Source: Promethearchaeota archaeon Loki_b32 (lineage in GTDB: Archaea; Asgardarchaeota; Lokiarchaeia; Sigyniarchaeales; SOKP01). Taken from it: DNA of 64,000 nt. The translations under genes were made by a program, and so were the position numbers. Numbering within the stretch: position 1 is the first letter of the stretch; each line of letters begins with the position of its first letter. Of the stretch, positions 31,694-41,457 are shown in pieces. The notes under the pieces are model-generated. The model made no database searches. It saw nothing but the letters and a program-made list of their open reading frames with translations, and was not told where the DNA came from. The stretch spans positions 1-64,000 of the forward strand of contig NJBH01000002.1 in NCBI GenBank assembly GCA_005223125.1, in the 5' to 3' direction.

Positions 31694-32080
31694 TTATACT
31701 GCATTGCTTTGTTCTATATGCTCAAGAATATCAGTAAAATCAGATAAATCAAAGGGTTTTTTTAAATAACCATCTGCTCTTGTTTCAAGTGCTTTTATAG
31801 CAACTTCAGCTTCGGAAACGCCTGTAAAATAATAGATCAATACTTTTTTGAATTTATCTTTTGATTTAAGCATTTTACAAAATTCATAACCGTTTGAATC
31901 AGGTAAATTTACATTTAAAAATAATAATTTAGGTATATGATTATTTAATTCTTTTATTGCTTCTGAAGTATTTTCAACTGCTTTGCATGTAAACCCTTTT
32001 GATTTTATAATTTCTTTTAATAATGCTATTATAAATCTACTATCATCTACAATTAAAATGTCATATTCAGAATTATCAAG
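31694..32080 (-). CDS. Single-domain receiver (CheY-like), phospho-Asp replaced by Asn, no canonical start; possibly a pseudogene (not in the ORF track)
   Basis: Manual translation: LDNSEYDILIVDDSRF...PKLLFLNVNLPDSNGYEFC...FTG...ADGYLKKPF. Confidence 0.75.
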   Translation of the reverse strand, partial: LDNSEYDILIVDDSRFIIALLKEIIKSKGFTCKAVENTSEAIKELNNHIPKLLFLNVNLPDSNGYEFCKMLKSKDKFKKVLIYYFTGVSEAEVAIKALETRADGYLKKPFDLSDFTDILEHIEQSNAV

Positions 32081-32095
32081 AAATTATAAAATTTT

Positions 32096-33163
32096 TCAAA
32101 ATTCTCTCTCGATTACAAAATTTAACAAACTCTCAAAAAATTCAAATTCAGAATGATTAATCACAGGTTTCAAATTATTTAAAGATGATTTTGCTTCTTG
32201 AAAATACGAATTTGCTAGATCTTTACATGAATTAATTACATCTGCTTTGAAAAATAAATCTTTGACTTTTTGGACATCATTACTTGTCATATCTGGCTTT
32301 TCTATTAAGTTTTCGAGTTCAATTCTTTCTCTTTCTTCTAATTTATTCCACGCATCAAGTAGTAAGCATGTCTTCTTACCTTCTCTAATATCTCCATCTG
32401 TTGGTTTTCCAGTGACTTTTTCATTACCATATGTACCCAAAATATCATCAATTATCTGAAAAATAATACCAAGGTTTAATCCATAAATTGAAAGATCCTT
32501 CAAATACCTCTCATCAACTTTCGCATAATTGGCACCAATTAAAATAGATTTTTCAATTAGAGTGCTAGTTTTAAGTGATATCATATTTATATAATCAGCA
32601 ACAGACAGATTCTTCTGGTTAACCATATCAGTTTCTATTAAAACTCCATTTACTATCCCTATAAAAGCTTGTTCATAATAATCAATTGCTTTTAATTTAA
32701 GAGCATTTTCAAATTCATTAAACAAATGTGCCTCTAATCCTAAGATAAATGCAGAATCTCCTCCAATTATCCCTATTGAATTACCAAAGTCAATATCAAG
32801 CATTTTTTTTAAATCGTACTGTTGATGATAATTGCGAAATCTAAAATGGAAGGAGGGTTTTCCTCTTCTAAAATTATCTTTATCGATAATGTCGTCATGA
32901 ATTAATGATGCATTATGGAGAAATTCTACTCCAACGCTTGGTAAAATGATCTTATCATCATTATCTTTACTAAATCCGTTATAAGCAGCAACACATAATA
33001 AAGGTCTGATTCTTTTGCCCCCCGAAAGAAAGTAATCGCTTAATTCTGAATAATAATCCTTCAAGAAAGAATTTTCAACACTATTTAGTTTCTTGTCAAA
33101 TATCGATTTTATCACACTATTAATCTTGGGAATATATTTTTTTGTGTATTCTGTAAATTTCAT
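32096..33163 (-). CDS. Trans-prenyltransferase (GGPP synthase, IdsA-like)
   Basis: GGKRIRP, LIHDDIID..RRG, KT, FQIIDDIL, DIREGK. Confidence 0.92.
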   Translation of the reverse strand: MKFTEYTKKYIPKINSVIKSIFDKKLNSVENSFLKDYYSELSDYFLSGGKRIRPLLCVAAYNGFSKDNDDKIILPSVGVEFLHNASLIHDDIIDKDNFRRGKPSFHFRFRNYHQQYDLKKMLDIDFGNSIGIIGGDSAFILGLEAHLFNEFENALKLKAIDYYEQAFIGIVNGVLIETDMVNQKNLSVADYINMISLKTSTLIEKSILIGANYAKVDERYLKDLSIYGLNLGIIFQIIDDILGTYGNEKVTGKPTDGDIREGKKTCLLLDAWNKLEERERIELENLIEKPDMTSNDVQKVKDLFFKADVINSCKDLANSYFQEAKSSLNNLKPVINHSEFEFFESLLNFVIEREF

Positions 33164-33379
33164 GGAATCACTTTTTTTTGCTTACGAATAAAATGATTAT
33201 ATCATTAATATACTACAAATATTATGTTAAAATAAAAGGAATATCAGATTTTCAATACTCTTAACCATTAGAGAAAAATGTGAAATTTAAATTTTCATTG
33301 ATTCGAAGTTTTAAATAATAGTTAAAAACATTATTATTAGCAAACCAATTTGAGATGTAAGAGAGATGTATAGATATAA

Positions 33380-36178
33380 TTAACTGAATCTCCAATTTAA
33401 ATCAATAACAATTTTAAATGTTGCAATTACATGAGGGTCCAATGTAATATTCAGTTCATTTTTATCATAACTGTTTATATCCGCTTTAATTTCATTTTTA
33501 GGTTTTTCTTCAAGGAAATTTACTATCTCTACAGTTCTAATCAAAATTTTATCGTAAAAAGTCAATTTTGCGCTTTGAACTTCAGATGATATATTATATA
33601 CTCTGATTATCAGATTATCTCCCATCTCTGACTTTTTTAATGCACTTAAAACGACATTCTTATTACCAATTTCAAGAAAACTAAGACTTGCTGGAAGATA
33701 TGGTTCAAGGGTTCTCTTTTTACGTTTTATAAAATAAGATAAGATACCCGTTGGCTTTAATATCACTTTATCGGCAACTCTTTGGGGTGTTTGAGCCATT
33801 GCTGGAAAGATTAGTCTAAGAGGGTTGTTAAATTCCTTTCCTCTTAAATGAATTTCTGAATCTAGCCAATTTGGTTTTGATGAGGTAGCTATTGAAAATT
33901 CAAAATTATGTCTACCAAGGCATTGAGCACCTGGAGTTTTAACACCTGGACCTGCATGAGACATTCTTGTAATAAAATCATCGCGCGATAACCATTCAAT
34001 ACATCGCAAAAGAGTTATGGCAAAAGTTATAGTTTTGTTTTCATTTATTTTAGCCTCATATTCAGGTAACCCTTTATTTAATACAGCAAAAGTTCTCGAA
34101 TTATCACTAACAGAAACAAAATCCTTTTGATGATTCATAGGAAGAGGTTTTTGAGCCCAATTATCTGCTTTTGGCAATTTGACGTTTCTAGGAACTACAA
34201 AAAAATGACCATCAGCGTATACATTATCAGCTTTTATTTTTGTAGGGAATAAAACACGTATCCGATGATCTCTGCTATTATTTTCAACTTCAATCTCAAA
34301 ATCAATGCGTTTAATTCCTTTATACAATGAAATATACATCTTGATTTTATTATCAACAAGCCAATCTTCCCTATTATAACGATCTTCAGAAAATGAATAG
34401 GGAAGCTTCAAATTTAGTCTAAGTTTAAAGGTTTTCTGACTTGGGCCATCTATGAAAACTGATCTTTCAAAAATAGCAACATCTTCAGTGGTAAAAACCA
34501 GATCTGTTTGGTTTTCTTTTGGACCGGAAAAATCATATTCATCACCCCAGTCTCCCATATCCTCGAATTCACAAAATTTTTCATAAGTTATTCCTGATTC
34601 TTTATCAACTACTTCAATAAAACCGTCTTGTTTTATATTAATTCGATAAAATTCATTTTCTAAGAAATTTCTTGTAATTTTAAAATCATCTTTGTCAATA
34701 GTAAATTCACTCACTGATTCTACAGGAATAATATAATATGTTTTATAACCGCATGCAGGAACTTCTGCTAAGAATGTGAAATTATGACTAATACTTAATT
34801 CTCGTGTAAGTCTAGGGTCTTCATCGATATAATGATGTTGATATTCAATTTCGTTCCCCTCAGGGTCAATTATTTTAATATCAAATGGAAACTTTTCTCC
34901 ACTTGTTTGTTGGGCGATATTATTAAATCTTACAATATCTTTTCGTTTCCAGGGAAGTGGATTATATACAATTAAAACATTTAAATCGTTATATTTAGAA
35001 TCAATATTTATGAATTCACTTATATAAATAAAAGAGTTTTTGTAAACTTCATTTGCTATTTGTTCTGCCCAATCAAATCTTGTTTTCATTTCATCATGGA
35101 CTTCGTCTATACTACACCCACATATACTATCATGGGGCGCATTTTTTTGAAGCCACTTTAATCCAGTCAAAATATAATCCCTTGGATAGGTAAATCTGTT
35201 ATACTTATCAAGAGACCACGTAATTGTGGAGAATGGTTCTGTATATTTTTCATATAGATATTCTATTTTAGTATTTCTTTGCTTTATCCACATACGTGCT
35301 GAAAAGACGCCTGATAATAAATGAGCAAATCTACCTCCTCTTAATTCTCCTTGAAATTCATTTAATTTTGGTTTAAATTCTAATACCTTATTAATATAAT
35401 ATTCAAAATCTGCTTGTTCCAGATGCCTATCAGGATTTAGGTTATTCCATTGCTTTACTATTTCGGGAATTTCCGGGAGTGCCTCATGATGGTCTGAGCC
35501 ATTATTAAGTAGAACAACTGGAGTTGCTATATAGTTTTCAAAATTTTTAATCTTATTATTAATAGTTCTGAGTGCTGGTTTATATTCTCCCTTGATTTTT
35601 TGAGTGTTATATAGTTCTAATGACATATATCCATATCTTAAAAAGATCGCTAAAAGAGATGCTACCTTTCCTGGTGCATTCCATATAAATTCCATATTTA
35701 AATTATTTTCTTCAAATTCATTTCCAAAACCTCTCCAAAATAATATAGAAGGAATTTCAAAACCTTGTATAATTTGAGGTAATTGTGCGATATGACCAAA
35801 GGGATCAGGAATGTACCCTGCTTTCATGACTCTTCCGAATCTTCGACTAATTTGATGTCCAATCATTAGGTTTCTAATTATAGATTCACCACTAACTAAA
35901 AATTCATCTGGTAGTACATACATTGGGCCAATAGAGAGTCTTCCTTGCTTTACATATTCTTTGATTTCATCTTCCTTATCTGGTCTAACTTCCAAATAAT
36001 CCTCAATGGGAATGATCTGACCATCGAAGGTAAAGTTTCTATAGTTTGAGTCTGTTTTAAGAATATTTAGTAATTTATCCATCATAATTACGAGTCTAGC
36101 ACGAAACTCTTGAAAAGGGAGATACCATTCTCTATCCCAATGAGTTTCTGGAACGATAATTATATTATTTGCTTTCAT
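33380..36178 (-). CDS. GH38 alpha-mannosidase (MngB-like)
   Basis: THWDREWY, DGQ, PDPFGH, HDSICGCS. Confidence 0.92.
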   Translation of the reverse strand: MKANNIIIVPETHWDREWYLPFQEFRARLVIMMDKLLNILKTDSNYRNFTFDGQIIPIEDYLEVRPDKEDEIKEYVKQGRLSIGPMYVLPDEFLVSGESIIRNLMIGHQISRRFGRVMKAGYIPDPFGHIAQLPQIIQGFEIPSILFWRGFGNEFEENNLNMEFIWNAPGKVASLLAIFLRYGYMSLELYNTQKIKGEYKPALRTINNKIKNFENYIATPVVLLNNGSDHHEALPEIPEIVKQWNNLNPDRHLEQADFEYYINKVLEFKPKLNEFQGELRGGRFAHLLSGVFSARMWIKQRNTKIEYLYEKYTEPFSTITWSLDKYNRFTYPRDYILTGLKWLQKNAPHDSICGCSIDEVHDEMKTRFDWAEQIANEVYKNSFIYISEFINIDSKYNDLNVLIVYNPLPWKRKDIVRFNNIAQQTSGEKFPFDIKIIDPEGNEIEYQHHYIDEDPRLTRELSISHNFTFLAEVPACGYKTYYIIPVESVSEFTIDKDDFKITRNFLENEFYRINIKQDGFIEVVDKESGITYEKFCEFEDMGDWGDEYDFSGPKENQTDLVFTTEDVAIFERSVFIDGPSQKTFKLRLNLKLPYSFSEDRYNREDWLVDNKIKMYISLYKGIKRIDFEIEVENNSRDHRIRVLFPTKIKADNVYADGHFFVVPRNVKLPKADNWAQKPLPMNHQKDFVSVSDNSRTFAVLNKGLPEYEAKINENKTITFAITLLRCIEWLSRDDFITRMSHAGPGVKTPGAQCLGRHNFEFSIATSSKPNWLDSEIHLRGKEFNNPLRLIFPAMAQTPQRVADKVILKPTGILSYFIKRKKRTLEPYLPASLSFLEIGNKNVVLSALKKSEMGDNLIIRVYNISSEVQSAKLTFYDKILIRTVEIVNFLEEKPKNEIKADINSYDKNELNITLDPHVIATFKIVIDLNWRFS

Positions 36179-36325
36179 TTTGAATATAACCTAAAATAAC
36201 TTAGTCTTTCCTTCTTAATATTTATTAAAGGTTTCAGTATAAATTATATTTTATAATAAAACTTGATTTATTTGTCAAAAAATTATATTTTAATTACTAA
36301 GGAAAGTAAAGTGAATATTTCAAAA

Positions 36326-37846
36326 TTAATTTAATATTGATTTGCCTATTACGCTTGAGTGTGGCTTGATCCCTAGTAAATTCAATAGAGTTGGAACCAT
36401 ATCTGTTGTTTTACAATATTTTAATTCCATTTGTGGAATTTCAGGTGATCCACCGATAATGAATGGAACGATCATTGACTCTCTAAGCCCATTATCATGA
36501 GAATATGGAGAAAAACCAACAGTTTTTCCATGTTCATAATTAAAAGAATAATCTCCCAAGGTTGAGATAATAATATCGCAAGATCTTGGATTTTTAAAAT
36601 AACGAGGAATTTGATCTATAATCATTGGAAAATTAATGTGATTTGTAGCTTCTAACCATTCTTCAATCGTATGAAATTTATTATCAAGAATTCTTGCAGA
36701 TTTCTCGTTTTCATTATATCCATAAAAATCATTTCCATCAGAAGTGTATCTTGTTTTTTGTTCTTTACCAAAACCTTGATATTCAATCGTTCCATTCCTT
36801 CTTTTTCCGGAATTTTGATCTTGAAACTCAATATGAATTATTCCTTTTTCTGGCTTATTATCATCTTCTCTATAATACATAAATTTAACTCCTGGAATTT
36901 CCCATAATACTTCAAAGATATTCAGATTTTGCTTTCCGATACCACTAGGTTTAAATTTTTGCATCTGTTGAATTGTGGGATGATGATGCCAAGTATCCCC
37001 TCGAATATTAAAAAAACCAACTGAACCAAAATTACAGTCAAAATCACCTATTCCTTTGTCGGGAATGTAAGGTATCAACCCTTTTTGCTGAAAGAATGGC
37101 TCGAGATCAACATTTTTTTCAGCTTTATAATTACCATGGTCAGTTACTATAGCAACTGCGGTATCATCATAATAACCCGTTGTTTTCAATGTATTCATCA
37201 ATGATCCTAGATATTTATCACACTCTACTATTAAATTGATATAGTTAGGGTGGTCAAATCCTAATTTATGCATAATCCCATCAGTATGGGGGACATAACC
37301 AACAGTTATCAATGATACTTCTTTATTTGAAAAGTAGAAGCCAGGATTTTTAAAAGCGACTTCAATATTCTTAAAGATGGGTTCTATATTAAAAAAATGG
37401 CTAGCAAGACGAAAATAAGCTCCACGAAATAAGAAACTCGTAGAACTTAGCATATTACCATCAGGTGCTTGTTCAAAAATAGTTTTTACATTATTTCCTA
37501 TATCTTTATTAATTTTTAATAAATCATTTCTCTTTCCATAATTACGAATGAAGGGAAACTTTTTACTCGTTGATGGTGGATCCATTCTATTAAGCCAATG
37601 GTACAATGGAACAGCATTTCCTTCCTTAGGAAAATATCCTGAATAAGACCCAGTTACAATATTACCATAACAAGGAAAAGTAATAGCAGGATAAGATGTA
37701 ATGCAATTTGAACATTTTATCCCGTTTTCTGCAATTTGTGTTATATTAGGAAGCTTTCCCTCATTTATCAAACCAAATAAATGTTCAGCACGAACGGCAT
37801 CAAGAATTATTAAGATAACTTGGTTAACTTTAGCGCTACGACTCAT
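36326..37846 (-). CDS. Alkaline phosphatase superfamily (nucleotide pyrophosphatase/phosphodiesterase-like)
   Basis: LIILDAVR, PAITFP, D...H, TDHG, SHD. Confidence 0.85.
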   Translation of the reverse strand: MSRSAKVNQVILIILDAVRAEHLFGLINEGKLPNITQIAENGIKCSNCITSYPAITFPCYGNIVTGSYSGYFPKEGNAVPLYHWLNRMDPPSTSKKFPFIRNYGKRNDLLKINKDIGNNVKTIFEQAPDGNMLSSTSFLFRGAYFRLASHFFNIEPIFKNIEVAFKNPGFYFSNKEVSLITVGYVPHTDGIMHKLGFDHPNYINLIVECDKYLGSLMNTLKTTGYYDDTAVAIVTDHGNYKAEKNVDLEPFFQQKGLIPYIPDKGIGDFDCNFGSVGFFNIRGDTWHHHPTIQQMQKFKPSGIGKQNLNIFEVLWEIPGVKFMYYREDDNKPEKGIIHIEFQDQNSGKRRNGTIEYQGFGKEQKTRYTSDGNDFYGYNENEKSARILDNKFHTIEEWLEATNHINFPMIIDQIPRYFKNPRSCDIIISTLGDYSFNYEHGKTVGFSPYSHDNGLRESMIVPFIIGGSPEIPQMELKYCKTTDMVPTLLNLLGIKPHSSVIGKSILN

Positions 37847-37963
37847 TTTTATCTAATTATTGATAATAATTTATTTAAATTCTAAATAAAATATTGTTGT
37901 ATAGAATTTGAATTTTAATTTTTAAAGATTAGTACAAATTAAAATATACACCGTTAAGGAAAA

Positions 37964-39028
37964 ATGGAAACAGAGCATAAAGTTCATTTCAAAAATTCAT
38001 CTGATATGAGTGAGATAAAGTCAAATTCTATAGATCTGATGATAACATCTCCACCATATCCCATGATTGAGATGTGGGATGGTTTATTTTCTTCTTTAAA
38101 TGAGGAGGTTAAACAAGCCTTCGAAGAAGAGGATAGGAAAAAAGCATTTAATTTGATGCATCATGAGCTAAATAAAGTCTGGAAAGAAGTAGTTCGAGTT
38201 TTAAAATCAGGGGGAATTGCTTGCATAAATATTGGAGATGCCACAAGAAAAATAGGTAAGATATTTCAATTATTTCCTAATCATGTTAAAGTAATTAACT
38301 TTTTCCAAAATAATGACTTCATTGAATTACCTTGTATTTTATGGAGAAAGCCGACAAATAGTCCGAACAAATTCTTAGGATCTGGAATGCTCCCCCCTAA
38401 TGCCTATATTACCCTTGAACATGAATATATTTTGATTTTTAGGAAAGGTAAAAATAAACGAACTATACCCCCAAAATCAGAAAATAGATATAAAAGTGCT
38501 TTTTTTTGGGAAGAGAGGAATAAATGGTTTTCAGACGTGTGGGAGGACATAAGAGGGATTTCTCAGAATCTAAATAAAAGTAACAATAATCAAAAGAATA
38601 TAAGAAAACGATCAGCAGCCTTCCCTTTAGAAATACCTTATCGCTTAATTAATATGTTTTCCTTATATGAAGATTTGGTTTTAGACCCGTTCTGGGGAAC
38701 AGGAACAACCTCATTAGCTGCCATGATATCTGCAAGAAATTCAATTGGGTATGAAATCAATTCTAAATTCATGGGATTGTTTAAAGAAAATATGGGTAAG
38801 CTTAGAAAATTAAATAGTGAAATAAATAATAATAGATTACATCAACATCTTGAATTTATTAAGCATTATAGGAATAAGGCTAAAGATATTAAATATACCT
38901 CAGCTCACTATAAATTTCCAGTTATTACGAAACAGGAAATAGATGTCTTATTATATTCTATAAAAAATTATAGTGAAAATGAGAATAAATTTATTCTTAA
39001 CCATCAAAAATTTGAATTTGCACAATAA
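37964..39028 (+). CDS. Site-specific DNA methyltransferase, beta class (N4-C/N6-A)
   Basis: TSPPY precedes AAFP and VLDPFWGTGTT. Confidence 0.92.
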   Translation: METEHKVHFKNSSDMSEIKSNSIDLMITSPPYPMIEMWDGLFSSLNEEVKQAFEEEDRKKAFNLMHHELNKVWKEVVRVLKSGGIACINIGDATRKIGKIFQLFPNHVKVINFFQNNDFIELPCILWRKPTNSPNKFLGSGMLPPNAYITLEHEYILIFRKGKNKRTIPPKSENRYKSAFFWEERNKWFSDVWEDIRGISQNLNKSNNNQKNIRKRSAAFPLEIPYRLINMFSLYEDLVLDPFWGTGTTSLAAMISARNSIGYEINSKFMGLFKENMGKLRKLNSEINNNRLHQHLEFIKHYRNKAKDIKYTSAHYKFPVITKQEIDVLLYSIKNYSENENKFILNHQKFEFAQ

Positions 39029-39043
39029 ATAGATAAATTGTTT

Positions 39044-39122
39044 AAATCCTTCCTCGAGCAGAGCATTCATCAAATAACTTTCCTTAAAAGGATTTTTTTA
39101 TTTGAGTCATTATTTTGGATTT
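39044..39122 (-). ncRNA. Putative eukaryote-type SECIS element in the 3' UTR of the 39126 gene
   Basis: RNA: AAAUCC-AAAAUA-AUGAC-UCAAAUAA-AAAAA-UCCU-UUUA-AGGA-AAG-UUAUUUGA-UGAA-...-GGAUUU. Shows an AUGA/GA core, 8-bp helix II, unpaired A run, apical mini-helix and helix I. Confidence 0.7.
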
Positions 39123-39125
39123 TTT

Positions 39126-40049
39126 TTATTCACAATCTTCTTCGGCTTGTTGGAGATTAATCTTTATAAAACCTACTTCCTGAAGATTCCTTTGTTCAGA
39201 TTTCACTGATCTATTTACTTGATGTAAATGTTTCATGGCATTATTTTTTCCTTCTTTGATATTTTCAATTAGTTCTTCTTTATTAAAACCACCAGAAATA
39301 ACAAGAGCCGTTTGAAAAGAATGATCGGGTTCTAAAGTCATAAATTCAATTTGCATAGCAGATAATATTTCTCCTTGTCCTTTATATATAGTATTTGAAA
39401 GGTTCATAGTCTTTTTATCGATTTTGAAATCTTTTGTTAGACATGTCTCGTAGTTTGTTGATTTTGATAGGGGAGAAAATCCACCATATAAACCCGTATT
39501 ATCATATTGGTAAATAACGTCATTTTCTTCATCATAGCCGGATAGATCATTATCAAAACCCGCAAGTCCATTTATATCAAAATCAAAAACAAAATACATT
39601 GAAAAATCTTTTAAGGCAAAATCTGATATGTTTTTAATTGTGAAAAAAGTATTAATATAAGGAATATGAGGTGCATTAAAGATGTCTTTGTACACACGAA
39701 CAAATTGCTTCTTTTCTAATGGAATCAATTTTGAATTTTGTTCTTGAGATAGTTTCTTAAGATACTCTGTAATATTAAAATCTAAAGTAATTCTACTAAT
39801 AGCAGTCCCCGTACGAGTATTTACCATATTGTATATCGGTGTTGGCTCGATATTTTTTAAAATAACTGGAATTGTTCCAATTTTTTTTCCTTCTAGTGTA
39901 AAGCTAAACCAAGGACCTGTTAATTCTTGTTCACTAAGATATATAAGATACTTTCCCATGTATGTCAGTTCTTTAATTGAAAATCCCATTACATAGCCTT
40001 GAGCGTTTCAAGTTCCAACTATATCATGCCAAATAATCTTAAGTACTAT
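39126..40049 (-). CDS. Candidate selenoprotein of unknown family (307 aa; ATA start, UGA at codon 14). The track calls only 39126-39989.
   Basis: AAAGGAGGT (40058-40066), 8-nt spacer, then ATA GTA CTT AAG ATT ATT TGG CAT GAT ATA GTT GGA ACT TGA AAC GCT CAA GGC TAT GTA ATG, in frame with the 287-aa ORF. Confidence 0.62.
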
Positions 40050-40149
40050 TTTTTTAAACCTCCTTTAAATTATTTTAAATTCATTTATATCTTACAATAT
40101 CAATTATTTAGAAAAATGAGAATTTATAAAAATCTTTGCTTAAAAAAGA

Positions 40150-41133
40150 TTAAAGATGTTCTATTACTCTATAAGCGATATAGAGAAAAGCGTCGTTTAC
40201 ATTTTCACCAGTCAGCGCTGAAGTAATAATATAATGCATCCCTCGTTGTTTAGCAACTTCTTTCAATTCATCTTCACTTATCACTATTTCATCCACTAAA
40301 TCAGATTTATTTCCTACTATCACCATTGGAATATTTCTTGATATTGATTTTTTAATATCATTAAACCATTTCTCAACGCTACTTAGACTACCTGATCGAG
40401 TTCTGTCTACAACAATAAATGCAGCATTAGCACCATTGTAGAATTTTGCTCTATAAGGAGCCATTTGTTGCACTTGACCTCCAATATCCCAAATTATAAA
40501 ATTCATTTTAGTAGTTTCACTTAATTCCACTACTTTTTTTGAAATTTGGACGCCAATAGTAGATATATAATCTCTTGCAAATTTATTTTTTATATATCGT
40601 CTAATTAATGAGGTTTTACCAACTTTATAATCTCCAGTTAAAATTAATTTATTTGAATATTCTCCTGCTATATTAGGGAGTTGTCCTCCCCGAGTTTTTG
40701 ACAAAGCTTTTATTATTTCAGGGATTTTTGGAGACACATCCTCATTCGTCGAAAGTACTAATTCTACTTTCGATGCTATGTGTTCTGAATATACTTTTAA
40801 TTCTATATCTGTAGTTGAATGTTTTGCTACTGTTGTTAAAATTGAATTTGGACCCATTGAACTAAAAACAAATTTCTTATCCCCTGTTGATGTAATATTG
40901 AAAAAACTATCAGAAGTCCCAAATTCCGCCTTAATTCTGTCTATATAAGAATCAAGCATAGCAGAAAGCGCTCCAATTATCTCATCAGATTCTTCCTCAT
41001 TTTCTTGTTTCGATTCTGAAGCTATAATAAAACCATTTCTATCACAGATAGCTACCCCTAAAATTCCTTCTATTTCATTGAAATAATTTATTAAAATCTC
41101 TTTTAACAAACTAGCACTCGGAAGCCCTTCCAT
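40150..41133 (-). CDS. Roadblock-Rab-like small GTPase fusion
   Basis: N-terminal roadblock (VAICDRNGFIIAS); GDYKVGKTS, YISTIGV, WDIGGQ, GNKSD, SAL; no C-terminal Cys prenylation motif. Confidence 0.92.
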   Translation of the reverse strand: MEGLPSASLLKEILINYFNEIEGILGVAICDRNGFIIASESKQENEEESDEIIGALSAMLDSYIDRIKAEFGTSDSFFNITSTGDKKFVFSSMGPNSILTTVAKHSTTDIELKVYSEHIASKVELVLSTNEDVSPKIPEIIKALSKTRGGQLPNIAGEYSNKLILTGDYKVGKTSLIRRYIKNKFARDYISTIGVQISKKVVELSETTKMNFIIWDIGGQVQQMAPYRAKFYNGANAAFIVVDRTRSGSLSSVEKWFNDIKKSISRNIPMVIVGNKSDLVDEIVISEDELKEVAKQRGMHYIITSALTGENVNDAFLYIAYRVIEHL

Positions 41134-41274
41134 TAATAATCAATCTACAAATTTAAAATATTAAGAATATAATATCCCCAGATAATATAAAATTTAGGTA
41201 ATACTAAAATCATATTTGCGAACACATCACCATACCATATTATTTTTTATTTCAATTTTCTCCCTTTTTTATTT

Positions 41275-41442
41275 ATGATAGAAAATGCATCTACTGATCC
41301 AGATATTTTAAATTTTGAGGAAAATATAGCTAACATCTTAGATCGAGCAGTTAAACTCTTCAGAAGAACCAATTTAAACGAACTAGCTGAAAAATGGGAT
41401 AGAATTTTAAAAACCTATGATTCAAAAAAGAGAAATCAATAA
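41275..41442 (+). CDS. Small hypothetical ORF or gene fragment (55 aa)
   Basis: MIENASTDPDILNFEENIANILDRAVKLFRRTNLNELAEKWDRILKTYDSKKRNQ; coding-like composition. Confidence 0.35.
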   Translation: MIENASTDPDILNFEENIANILDRAVKLFRRTNLNELAEKWDRILKTYDSKKRNQ

Positions 41443-41457
41443 AATAAGAAATTAAAA

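Noticed and set aside
39044-39122. Hairpin as merely a bidirectional terminator between convergent genes
   Set aside because: Cannot be excluded, but the AUGA/GA core, A-rich bulge and matching in-frame UGA fit SECIS better.
39989-40027. Tiny upstream ORFs (ATG ATA TAG; TTG...ATG TAA overlapping the ATG at 39989) as the explanation for the SD
   Set aside because: They lie 30 nt or more from the SD and do not explain the SECIS-like hairpin; kept only as a weaker alternative.
39999-40226. 75-aa plus-strand ORF
   Set aside because: Antisense to the Rab 3' end and to the SD/UGA extension; no recognisable features.
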